Below, in pieces: positions 48,855 to 64,000 of a stretch of DNA of 64,000 nt. A program made the position numbers and the translations under genes. How positions within the stretch are numbered: the stretch's first letter is position 1; each line of letters opens with the position of its first letter. Source of the DNA: the human T2T-CHM13v2.0 reference genome, Homo sapiens; NCBI RefSeq assembly GCF_009914755.1, contig NC_060938.1. One strand, written 5' to 3'. The notes under the pieces are model-generated. The model did no database searches. It was given only the letters and a program-made list of their open reading frames with translations, and was not told where the DNA came from.

Positions 48855-49800
<946 letters not shown>

Positions 49801-50036
49801 AATACATCAAAATTATAATAAGTAGAGACACAAATTTGCAGTGATGTGCCATGCAAATAATAGAGGAATAAAATGGTAATAAGCTCATTTGGGTAAAAGG
49901 TGTACCAACGTTCCTTATTTTTATTCCTGTAACTTTTTGTAAGTTTGAGATTGTTTCCAGGTAAAATGTTTCAAAATATAATATTAGTGATTGTTTTGTG
50001 AGTGTTTTAGTTGTTTGAGATTTATACAAGATCTTG

Positions 50037-51737
<1,701 letters not shown>

Positions 51738-52068
51738 CTTCATAGACAATTTAAAAATGAACCTACATTCTACATTAAATATAATTTATATGTAACAATT
51801 TAAGAGTTGAATTGCTTATGATTAGTTGATATTTTATAGACATTTAATCAAATTCACTAATTTCAGTTTTGGAATAGAAAAAAATGTTTGGAGTCAACAG
51901 ACTTTCTTAGCTCTCAAACAATTTTACTGTCCCTTGAAAAGCTCCTAAGCCCTGGGCACTGAACCTCAACCTCTCAAATGCAGTCACGTCACCACTGGGG
52001 CCTGGGATTCTCTGGCAAGAATAATGAAGATGGAAATTCAGTGTTGGAGGGATGTTGAGAAACATTGT

Positions 52069-52082
52069 TCACTAGGGGGCGC
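52069..52082 (+). promoter_or_regulatory. CTCF motif
   Basis: tCACTAGGGGGCGC, one mismatch to the consensus. Confidence 0.6.
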
Positions 52083-53283
52083 ACTTTCATCTCCATGAGG
52101 GGAATACCTTCTGGTTTGGGGAGAAAACAAACAGCTTTGAGGGGAGAGAGGAAAAAAAAAAGGGGGGGGAGCATGCATTCCCTAAATGTTAAAGAAAAAA
52201 AGGGTAGCTACTTCTCCATGGCAGAAGACCAGAGGGTACTTCCAAAAATAAATAAGATTAGTTACTGTATCAGTCAATGTGAATATATGTGCTATTTTAT
52301 ACAAGGAGGTCCTATTTATAGGAGCTAAACGGAAAGTGCTTGTAGAGTAATCCACATTCACACTATCTTGATGGTTGTTAAATGTGAGGGGCAATTTCGC
52401 TGCCCAGGAAAAAACGGAAAAGAATTTGCATAAATGAGATTAGGTTTCTAGAAGCCATGTTGGGAGAGAACTTTTTTTTAATGGTGGCAATATTTGCTAA
52501 ATGCAGCCTTCTCTTTCTTTTAGAAGCCATGGACATTGGGTGTGATTGATCTCTACATGGAGCTGTCAGTTTCCAGACAGTGATTTTATACACAAGAATA
52601 GGGAGGTGGATTTGAGCACTGCACAGAGGCCTTTTCTAGATCAAAATTCAATGAATTCTTGTCCTTTCAGTAATCGTTTGAAATAAAAACCCACAGTAAT
52701 TCTTCCTCCCCCTTTTTGGTGGAGGTGGAGCATGAACTTCAGCATCTGGGAAGGAGCCTGTGTAATGGCTTAGTCAGGAGCTGCTGAAGCACAACACAGA
52801 TAACCTTGATCTCCATAGTCTTTGCTCACCAACCCCAGTCCACTGAAAATCTTGAATCATAATGGTGCAGCTTTCCTTCTCAGGCAGTGCTATACACTGG
52901 CCATAAAGAAGACTTGCTGTGTTTAAAGTTTCTCAGGAAAATGGCTTAATTTCACGTAATATTAAAGACAAGAATTAAAATTTCACAAGTTTCTTTTTCT
53001 CCCTTGACTGATCCCTATTATTTTCTTTCTGTGTGAACATATTCCATCACAGCGTTTCTACAATAAATAATGCATTCTTTTAGAAAGCATATTATAACTG
53101 GGAAGTGTTATTTATAAGCATCGTTTTGGCAGTTGTTTCATGGAAACAGAACCAATCAATCAGCACTGATTCTGGGCAGGAGAGAGTTGCTTTACCATTT
53201 TCCACGCTGAGCACATCAGGGATGTCTGATCCCAGACAGTAGCTACCTGTCTCCTGCCACGCACAGCAAAACAGGGAGATTAG

Positions 53284-53655
<372 letters not shown>

Positions 53656-54597
53656 TAGGAATGGATTTTTGTATGTGTTTGTACTTGTACTAACAATGAA
53701 AATCTTCTATATACATCTACTAGGTACCCATAAAAATTAAAAATCTTCTAGAAGACTTCGGTCTGAACCACGTATCTAGAGCACTGGCCTTCTAGAAGGC
53801 AGCTTTATAAAATAGCTCATGGGATTATGTAGGGGAAGATTATGGTGTGTGTAGAGAATTACCAGAGCCACCACTAAAGGCTTCCACAGCTCCTGTGAGG
53901 TCCTGGAGAAGCAGCAACCTTTGGGAGGAGGCCGGAGGCAGAAGTGAGTCAGCACACCTACCCAGTTCCTGAGAAGAGGCTCCCTAGGGCCACTGAGTCA
54001 CTCTTCCCTTAAGCCTGGGAGTCAGCCCCTCCCCTATCCCCTTTTTTTCACTTCTATTTCAGAACCACATCAGTGCTAAGAGGTACAGTGTACAGTGGGA
54101 ATAATAAAATATAATTACCATGATGACAAATCAGCAAATGATGCTGTTTATGAAAGGAATTCTTTGGATATGCTGTACTTGGAAACACCAGACTGGCAAC
54201 TCTCCAAGTTGTCCTGCTTGTAAATCAAAGGGAAAACTGTTGGCAGGGAGTTTTGACCAAGACTTTTCACTTCGGGGAAGACCTGAGTACTTTCCTGCTG
54301 GTTGAATGTTGCATAGAGGAGTCACTCTTCACGACATTTCCAAACATGTCCCTGTATTGACTATCTCAAGATGACTTAGCTGTCATTCCCTCCTTCTCCC
54401 TGATATGTTCGCTCGTCCATGATTCTGTGCGAGATACTTTTTAGAATCCATGAAGGCTGCAAAGATGACTATCTTTAAGGAACTTACAATATAGTAGGGA
54501 CAATATATGATAATAAAGATAAGGATAATAATAGCACATATGGATGATTTGCTATGTCTGGCTAGTGTTCTAAGTCCGTTAAAACTTCTTTTTATCA

Positions 54598-55038
<441 letters not shown>

Positions 55039-55159
55039 TCACAAAGTCAAATTCAGTTGAGTTTCTTGGCAGTTCATAGGAGGGAGAAATTCCTTCCTGG
55101 GGCTAGACATCAAGGCATATTTCATAAAGGAGGCAGCAAGAGACCAAGGTCTTAAAGGG

Positions 55160-55597
55160 TATACGGGTTAAATTGTGGCCTCCCGAAAGACATATCCACT
55201 CGGAACCTGTGGTTGTGACCTTAGAAAAGGGACTTTGTAGATGTAATTAAGGCTCTCAAGATAAGACCACCCAGGATTTAGGATGGGCCCTAAATCCAAT
55301 GACAGGTGTCCTTATATGACAAAGGCAGAGGGAGATTTGAGACACTGAGACACAGAGAGAAGAAGGCCACACATGTGAAGACAGGCAGAGATTGGCAGCC
55401 CCAAGCCAAGGAATGACAAGGGCTGCCAGCAGCCAGCAGCAGCTAAGAGAGAGGTATGGAGCGGATTGCCCCTCAGAGCTGCCAGATGGAACTAGCCCTG
55501 CTGACATCTGGATCTTGGACTTGTAAGAATACATTTCTGTTGTTTTAAGCCACCCGGGATGTGGTAATTTGTTACAGCAGCCCTAGGTAACTAACAC
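55160..55597 (+). mobile_element. MLT1-type LTR
   Basis: Typical MLT1 blocks (gatgtaattaag, ccaatgacaggtgtcctta, gtttaagccacc). Confidence 0.8.
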
Positions 55598-55897
55598 AAA
55601 GAATACGTGAGAATGGCTGTGAAACAACAGCTCAAGCAAAGACACTGAGGTGGAAAAATACAAAGGCTTAGGTTTGTTGGCTTTGGTTTGTCTGAAGCAT
55701 AAGGATCCTGAAATGGAATGTGTTGTTTAAGATGTGGATCATATTATGGAGGGTTTTGAATGTCAGGTTAGGAAATGTAGATTTTATTTGATGATCAGTG
55801 AAGAACTTGTTGAGTTGTGTATTCAGAAAATGAAGGTGTCCCTGAGCTAACAGGAGGTAATATGGGCCTGAACTAGGGCAGGGACAGTGGAATGAAG

Positions 55898-56328
55898 TGT
55901 TAAAAGAAAAACTTCAGCTGAATTGAATTTCAAGGAGTTTAATTGAGCAATGAACGATTCGTGAATTGGGCAGCCCCCAGAATCAGCAGATTCAGAGAGA
56001 CTCCAGGGATGTCTGGTGGTCAGAACAAATTTATAGACACAAAAAAGGGAAGTGACATGCAGAAATCTGAAGTGAGGTACAGAAACAGTTGGATTGGTTA
56101 CAGGTTGGCATTTGCCTTCTTTGAACACAGTTTGAACACTCAGCAGTCTATGAGTGGTTGAAGCATGGCTGCTGGGATTGGCCAAGACTCAGCTATTGTT
56201 ACAGGCACATACTACTAAATTAGGTTCTCAATCTTGTCTGCCTATTAAGCTAGGTTACAGTTCGTCCACAGGGACTGAAATATAGAAGTATGGGGTCCTT
56301 CTTGGGCCATATTTAGTTTGCTTTAACA
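55898..56328 (-). mobile_element. ERV1 solo LTR (MER57-like)
   Basis: tgttaaa...tttaaca termini with a 4-bp TSD GAAG. Confidence 0.8.
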
Positions 56329-57385
56329 GAAGGGACAGAGAGGAAGTGTGTTGCAGGACTCAAAGAGACTTGGCAATCAATAGATTCTTGATCTAACTTG
56401 CTAAGTAGGTTGGTTCATGTTTTACCTGCTGTTGTTTACACGTGTTTGTCTTCTGGGCTGCATAACACCCACACTCTAAATGAGCTACCCCAAGTCATTT
56501 GGCTGCCTGTCAACTAGGATTATTAGCTTTTTCTGGCTCCCTGGTAATTAATCTGTGTTCTAGGTTGAGGACTTTCCCTTCTCTGTCTCTATTCCGCTTA
56601 TGTGAGCTAAACCTTTGGAAATTGTTTCAATACCCCATGTCGCCTTCCTTTGGTACCTGAGCTGGGGGCAGGAGGCAGGGTTTCAGGGCAACTATGCTGG
56701 CCTCACTCCAGCATCCTATTATAGATCCTGTCTCAAAACACTTTATGCTGAATATGGTATAGAGGAGGCCTTGATCAAGCTGTGACATCTCAGACAGATG
56801 TGAACCTTAGAGCCATGTAAAGAAGTTGGACATTACCAATGCCCTGGAGACCTTGAATGTGGTCTGAGGCTTCAAGCCTTATTAGCATCATATTCTGTTT
56901 TTTAGTTTCCCCAAATCACACTGACCCTTTTGATCTGGCTTTCTAATATTAGACTAGTGGGAAGAAAAGAAGAGGAACCAGTGTTTACCCAGGGCTTACT
57001 CAATGGCCAGATGTGGTGTAAGGTGCTTTGTATACATTACTTCATTTAATCTTTACATCAGAAGTATGAGGCAGGTGCTATTATCCTCATTTTACAGATG
57101 AGGAAATTGAAGGGCAAAGCAATTAAGTCACTGCACAAGGTCACACCGGGAATAGAGCTGCCAAGATACAACCTTGGGATTTTCTCAGATATCACACCAC
57201 CTCTTACCCAGGATATATTTTTTTTCAGTGTTACTAAGGTGGCAGAATTCAGTTTTTGGCATATGTGCAGGATTTGGCTGGTGCATGCTGGGTTTTGACT
57301 TTGTGCCATGATTTTGTACGATCATTTCCCCTGTGGTCCCTCCTATAGCACATGCCCTGACCTAGCACTTCCTGGACATCAGCTT

Positions 57386-57627
57386 TGAGAATGTTTGAGA
57401 ACTTTCCAGGCTGATGAACTTGTGCTGTTTTCTGAAGGAACAAGAGCATGTTTTAGCCTCACGTGGAAGTTTTCTGGTTGCATGCCTAGGTTTGGTTGAA
57501 TTGGAAAGAGTGAATAAAATGGATCCTCGTATATAGCCTTGATCTCTGCATTGGTCTTGGAAAAGAAATGACTTTGGTACAGTAACTGTGGGTAGCACTG
57601 CCTGTAAAACCTGTGATGTTAGGGCCT
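57386..57627 (+). repeat. Copy 1 of a local ~240-bp duplication (copy 2 at 58940-59482, split by an Alu)
   Basis: Direct alignment by eye, from tgagaatgtttgagaacttt to aaaacctgtgatgttagg. Confidence 0.92.
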
Positions 57628-59076
57628 CTGTTCACACCCTCTAATCTCTAAACCCAGGCCAATATCCTTAGGAACCAAGCCAACTGTCCTTGGTCCATGC
57701 TGTTTTTGTCCCATCTTCCACCTGCTCAACCCCAGAGTGCATTTCTCCTTCTTTCTGCAATCCTGAGTCTAAACGTTGTTCATACCTCCGCTCCAGATCA
57801 TTTCCTCCATTAAGCCTCTCCCAGCCAGCTTTCCTTTTCTGAATTCCTGCAGCCAGTTTGCTCATATGATGCTCTTGCCAGCTCCCTGATTCTGGGTCTG
57901 TGTATTATCTCTTTAACTGACTGTAGCCTCTTAGAGTGAGGAGTGCAGTCTTCCTTCTGACCCCATGGTGCCTGGCATAGTGCTGGGCATGCAGTGGGGG
58001 CATCAATTATTGATTGAGATCTACCTTTCAGATTCCTGCTCTCAGAAAATGGAGTAGAATGGAAGGGCTGTCTGTCTCTAAATGATAACAGCACATAAAC
58101 TCCTGGATGGAAATATACCAACATTCACAGGGGATATTTCTGGGTACCGAGCTTATTGGTGGGTTTCATTTCTTCTTTGAACTTTTGGTATTGTCCAAAT
58201 TTTCTACAATGAACATTTATATTTTACTTCTTACAAAAAGAGTATTTTATAAAAGTGCATATTACTTTTAAGAGAAAGGACAGTGCCTTTTTTCCATCCC
58301 CATTTCTATCTCCTTGATGCCCATGGAGATATGATTTTTCGATTTAACCATGTGCTTCAAGATCAGGAATCTAGATTTCTCTTTAGCCCTGCTATTGACT
58401 TTTTAATTTTTAATTTTTTAATTTTTTGTAGAGATAGAGTCTCATTTTGCTGCCCAGGTTGGTTTCAAACTCTGGGCTCAATGATCTCCCACCTCAGCCT
58501 CCTAAAGTGCTGAGATTACTGACTTTCTGAGCGCCTCTTAAAACTCTCATTGCTTTGGTGTCTCCATCTGTAAACCTGACCAAGTGATAAAGGAATTCTT
58601 ATATCTGCCCTTTTCCAGAACTGTAAGGCATTTGATGAGGAAATGTTGCAAAATCACTTTAAAATAATCTGATAAATGTTTACAGACCCAAGTTATTTGG
58701 CTGTGCATGCCCCAGATTTCTATGCACCCCATTCTCTGTGCAACTCAGTTTTCTAAAGCACTTTTTGTTGGAAACTCAGCTCTTTGTTTAGAATATTTTA
58801 GCCTCAAGAGTACTGTCTTAAAGAATATTGGAAGACATATGGGATTTCTGCTGAAAAGTACCATACTAGGACTGTATACTGGGAGGCAGAATAGTGCTGT
58901 GGCTAAAAGTATAGGCTTTGGACTCAGTGTCCCTTGTCCTGAGAATGTTTGAGAACTTTCTGGGCTGATGAACTTGTGCTGTTTTCTGAAGGAGCAAGAG
59001 CATATTTTAGCCTCACGTGGCAGTTTTCTGGTTGTATCCCTAGGTTTGCTTGTATTGGAAGGAGCGAATAAAATGG

Positions 59077-59398
<322 letters not shown>

Positions 59399-60901
59399 TT
59401 ACATTGGTCTTGGGGAAAAAAAAAGACTTCGATACAGTAACTGTAAGTGGTACTGGCTGCAAAACCTGTGATGTTAGGACCTGCTAACGGAAGTTAACTT
59501 TGGCCATGATGTTTAATCTCACTCAGCCTCAGTCTTCCCATCTGCAAAATAAGGACATTAAAAGCAATTGCCTAAAGAGACAATGTCTAAAAGTTTTAGT
59601 ATAGTGCCTAGCCATGCTCAGGGGCTTAGTAAATTTCAGGTACATTTCTAGAACCCAGATCACCTTGCTAAAATGTAAAGTTTACCTCACTCCATGCTTC
59701 CGCAAATCTGCATTGTTTTCCACACTGAGTTTAGAATAAAACACAAATTCCTGAGCCTGGGCAAACAAACATAAACCTTCCCATCTTCAGTTCCCAAATG
59801 ACACTTCCAGGCTCTGAAAAAGCTCTGAGTATCATTGTTCCTATAGTTCCCTCAGCTGAGAATGTTATTTTTCGATTCTCTGTCTTCGGAAATCCTTCCT
59901 AGCCTTCAGATGCCACCTTCTGTGTGGAGCCCTCCTTGATCTCCCAAGACAAAGCTAAGACACAGTGTTTCTTCTGAATGCCCATAACAATTTGGCCTGT
60001 GTTTCATTTAACCTTGTCCTACATTTCATTGTTTACACTCCCTTCTGGATTGCACACTCCTTAAGGAGTGGAAGGTTGTTGATTCGCTTTTGCATCCAGA
60101 TAATGCCTAACAAAAGATAGGCAGCCTTTCATAAATGCTAGGCGTGCTTAGTATAATTCCTTCCTGATAGGAATCAGCAGCAGCTCTAATGCTTTTTAGC
60201 GGCAGCATGTTTGTAGAGCAGCTAAAGGGGAGGTTTGAGGAAGGACTGTGCCTGCTCTTTCCTTCTTTCTACCCCCAGTCCCCAGAAGCAGAGATAGGGT
60301 TCCTAGGTCTCCAGCTCTGCATGCTTGACTAGCCTCCCCTCGCAGCGTTTTTGCTGGAGAGGAAATAGAAATTGTTCCTGATTTAAGTGCATGCATCCCA
60401 TCAGAGGCAGGCCAGGGCCCCTGCGTGTTATGAGTCAGCAGGCATTAAGCCAAGCTCATCTCTTCCCCTTACCTAAAAGCCCACAAAGCAGTAAACTCAT
60501 TATCACTGCGCAGAGAATAATGAATAGGCCAAGGACAGATCAGTCTGGATTGTTGCCAGGGCTGCTTTTGTACGGAAAGAGGCAGCGAGCCATTTTGCCT
60601 TCAATCGCTCGTTACTTACACTACTCACTGCCTGAACCAGAGACACCCACTTGACATTATGCAGTAGGTACCCCGAATACTGTTATCAAACAACTAGGTC
60701 TACTTGCCTGGCACAAAAATCCAAACACTGACATCGGGATTGCAGCGAGAGAAAGTGAGGCATTTATTGCCTGGCACCAAGCAAGGAGAATCAGGCAGCT
60801 CAGGCTGAAGACCCAAACTCCCCAAGAGCTTACAGGTAAGGATTTTTAAAGGCAGGAAGGCAGAGCTTACAGGCAAAATCATAAACCAATACAGGAAGGC
60901 T

Positions 60902-61198
<297 letters not shown>

Positions 61199-61405
61199 CT
61201 TGCAGGATATACATTGGTTTGACCTGTATAAAAGGTGAGACATCTTGAAGCAGGCACCCACAGGTCGTAGGTGGAGTCAAAGATTTGCTGATTTGTGATT
61301 GGTTAAGGAGGTGGAGCTTTGTCTAAACATTTGGGATCGGCAGAAAATAATGTTAGTTTTGGCTCTTGGGTGTGATCTCCTCCAGGCCCCTCAGAAAGAA
61401 ATTTA

Positions 61406-62730
61406 TCTTTTTTTTTTTTTTAACTTCTTTTTTTTTTTTAATTAATTAATTTATTTATTTTTATTGATCATTCTTGGGTGTTTCTCGCAGAGGGGGATTT
61501 GGCAGGGTCATAGGACAATAGTGGAGGGAAGGTCAGCAGATAAACAAGTGAACAAAGGTCTCTGGTTTTCCTAGGCAGAGGACCCTGCGGCCTTCCGCAG
61601 TGTTTGTGTCCCTGGGTACTTGAGATTAGGGAGTGGTAATGACTCTTAACGAGCATGCTGCCTTCAAGCATCTGTTTAACAAAGCACATCTTGCACCGCC
61701 CTTAATCCATTTAACCCTGAGTGGACTCAGCACATGTTTCAGAGAGCACAGGGTTGGGGGTAAGGTCACAGATCAACAGGATAAGAATTTTTCTTAGTAC
61801 AGAACAAAATGAAAAGTCTCCCATGTCTACCTCTTTCTACACAGACACGGCAACCATCCGATTTCTCAATCTTTTCCCCACCTTTCCCCCCTTTCTATTC
61901 CACAAAACCGCCATTGTCATCATGGCCTGTTCTCAATGAGCTGTTGGGTAAACCTCCCAGACGGGGTGGTGGCCGGGCAGAGGGGCTCCTCACTTCCCAG
62001 TAGGGGCGACCGGGCAGAGGCGCCCCTCACCTCCCGGACGGGGCGGCTGGCCGGGCGGGGGGCTGACCCCCCCACCTCCCTCCCGGACGGGGCGGCTGGC
62101 CTGGCGGGGGCTGACCCCCACCTCCCTCCAGGACGGGGTGGCTGCTGGGCGGAGACGCTCCTCACTTCCCAGATGGGGCGGCTGCCGGGCGGAGGGGCTC
62201 CTCACTTCTCAGATGGGGCGGCTGCCGGGCGGAGGGTCTCCTCACTTCTCAGACGGGGCGGCCGGGCAGAGACGCTCCTCACCTCCTGGATGGGGTCGCG
62301 GCCGCGTAGAGGTGCTCCTCACATCCCAGACGGGCGGCGGGGCAGAGGCGCTCCCCACATCTCAGACGATGGGCGGCCGGGCAGAGACACTCCTCACTTC
62401 CTAGATGGGATGGCGGCCGGGAAGAGGCGCTCCTCACTTCCTAGATGGGATGGCGGCCGGGCAGAGATGCTCCTCACTTTCCAGACTGGGCAGCCAGGCA
62501 GAGGGGCTCCTCACGTCCCAGACGATGGGCGGCCAGGCAGAGACGCTCCTCACTTCCCAGACGGGGTGGCGGCCATGCAGAGGCTGCAATCTCAGCACTT
62601 TGGGAGGCCAAGGCAGGCGGCTGGGAGGTGGAGGTTGTAGCGAGCCGAGATCATGCCACTGCACTCCAGCCTGGGCACCATTGAGCACTGAGTGAACCAG
62701 ACTCCGTCTGCAATCCCGGCACCTCCGGAG
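61406..62730 (-). mobile_element. SVA retrotransposon, 5'-truncated (C/D-like)
   Basis: Poly(T), SINE-R, GC-rich VNTR and part of the Alu-like domain; no CCCTCT hexamers; TSD cctcagaaagaa(a/g)ttta at 61389-61405 and 62731-62747. Confidence 0.95.
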
Positions 62731-63339
62731 CCTCAGAAAGAAGTTTAGAACAGCGGTCGGAGTTCAGTCCTCAGTTCCCCCTTATCAGAGGTCTCTGTAC
62801 CAGTGTACCCATTTAGTGGAGGTCCAAATTCTGAAAAACAACTCAAGAATATATGCTAAGGTGTTATCTTTAGTTTCTATTGGGAACCAAATATTCGTGT
62901 GACTCTAACTTCCTTGGCTATTGTTTTAAGCTACTGTTACCATCTTGCTTATCAAATTGCTCATTTACTTGTCAAGGCTAGCTAGGTGACTGTAAATTCC
63001 CTTGAAGGAACTCAAGATTTTATTTCCCTGCTTGGGGTTGGGGGTGGAGGAGGGTGCTGCAAGCCCTTAAGAGGGGTCCCTGCTCCGTCTCAATACTTGC
63101 CCAATAGCTCTGAGAATTCTTGCTAGTGGGGCATGTGAAAGGAACCTGTGCTCCCTCTGCCACGAGTCTCTGCTTCCACTGCCTTTCTGGCATCTACTCT
63201 GGGCTCTGCCTCTGCATATCTCGTTCCTTTTGCATAGCCTATGTACTTACTCAACTCCCATACAAACCCCTCAGTCTCCAGACTGCCACTGGTCATGGCT
63301 GTGCGTGTGGTGCAAGCTTTAATGAAGATTTGGGCACCG

Positions 63340-63497
63340 GTGTGTGTATGTGCACGCATGTGTGTGCATGAGTGTGTGTGCATGTGTGCATGTGTCTGTG
63401 CATGAGTGTGTGTGCATATGAGTGTGTGCATGTGTGTGTGCGTGCATATGTGTGCATAAGTGTGTGTGCATTCATGTTTGTGCATGTGCATATGTGT
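63340..63497. repeat. Degenerate (TG)/(TGCA)n purine-pyrimidine repeat
   Basis: Seen directly. Confidence 0.9.
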
Positions 63498-63930
63498 TAA
63501 TTTCCTAGGGCTGCCATAAAAAGTAACACAAACTGAGAGGCTTAAACAATAGAAATTTCTTGTCTCATTGTCTCACAGTTCTGGAAGCTAGACACCTGAG
63601 ATGAAGGTGTCTGCAGGGCTATGCTGTTTCTAACAGGTGCTAGGGAAGGATCTGTTCCAGGTCTCCCCTCCAGCTTCTGGTAGTTTCTTGGCTTGTGGCA
63701 GCATCACTCCTGTCTTCATATGGCTGTCACCGTGTGAGTGTCTGTGTTCAGATTTCCTCCTTGTATAACCACAGTAACATTGGATTAGGGGTCTAACCCT
63801 ACTTCACTATGACCTCATCTTAATTAACTATATCTGCAATGACCCTATTTCCAAATAAGATCATATTCTCAGGCACTGCGGGTTAGGACTTTAGCATATG
63901 AATTTTCAGCGGACACAATTCAACCCATAA
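63493..63930 (-). mobile_element. MLT1-type LTR
   Basis: ttcctagggctgccataa..cttaaacaatagaaatt..ggacacaattcaaccc (reverse orientation). Confidence 0.75.
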
Positions 63931-64000
63931 TTGTGTGTTTGTATGTGTGCGCATGTGTGGTCATGGTTAGGGATGTTAGATTACAGAATAGAAGGGTAAA

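Noticed and set aside
61468-62695. ORFs of up to 234 aa
   Set aside because: Translations of the SVA VNTR and SINE-R, not genes.
63123-63491. His/Thr-rich 122-aa ORF
   Set aside because: Translation of a (CA)-type microsatellite.

Overview
Primate, most likely human, genomic DNA matching the ATG14-TBPL2 locus (14q22 from memory). Both genes lie on the minus strand. The window holds ATG14 coding exons 1-3 (17553->1690; the gene continues past the left edge) and all seven TBPL2/TRF3 coding exons (46278->20110). The TBPL2 exons assemble into an intact 1128-nt, 375-codon ORF with GT-AG junctions throughout. The rest is repeat-rich: about 40 Alus, L1/L2/MIR, MER5/MER3/MER58/MADE1, MaLR and ERV1 solo LTRs, a 5'-truncated SVA, and processed HMGN1 and RPL21 pseudogenes. 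I found no new protein-coding gene or novel system. The best leads are a splice-acceptor-like sequence just before the ATG14 ATG (possible TBPL2-ATG14 read-through), a CATAAA box overlapping the first TBPL2 ATG, a tailless tRNA-Cys half retrocopy with TSDs, an Alu fragment captured in the RPL21 pseudogene, a local templated duplication inside a MIR, and co-oriented CTCF motifs. Repeat family names come from recalled consensus sequences and their boundaries are approximate.
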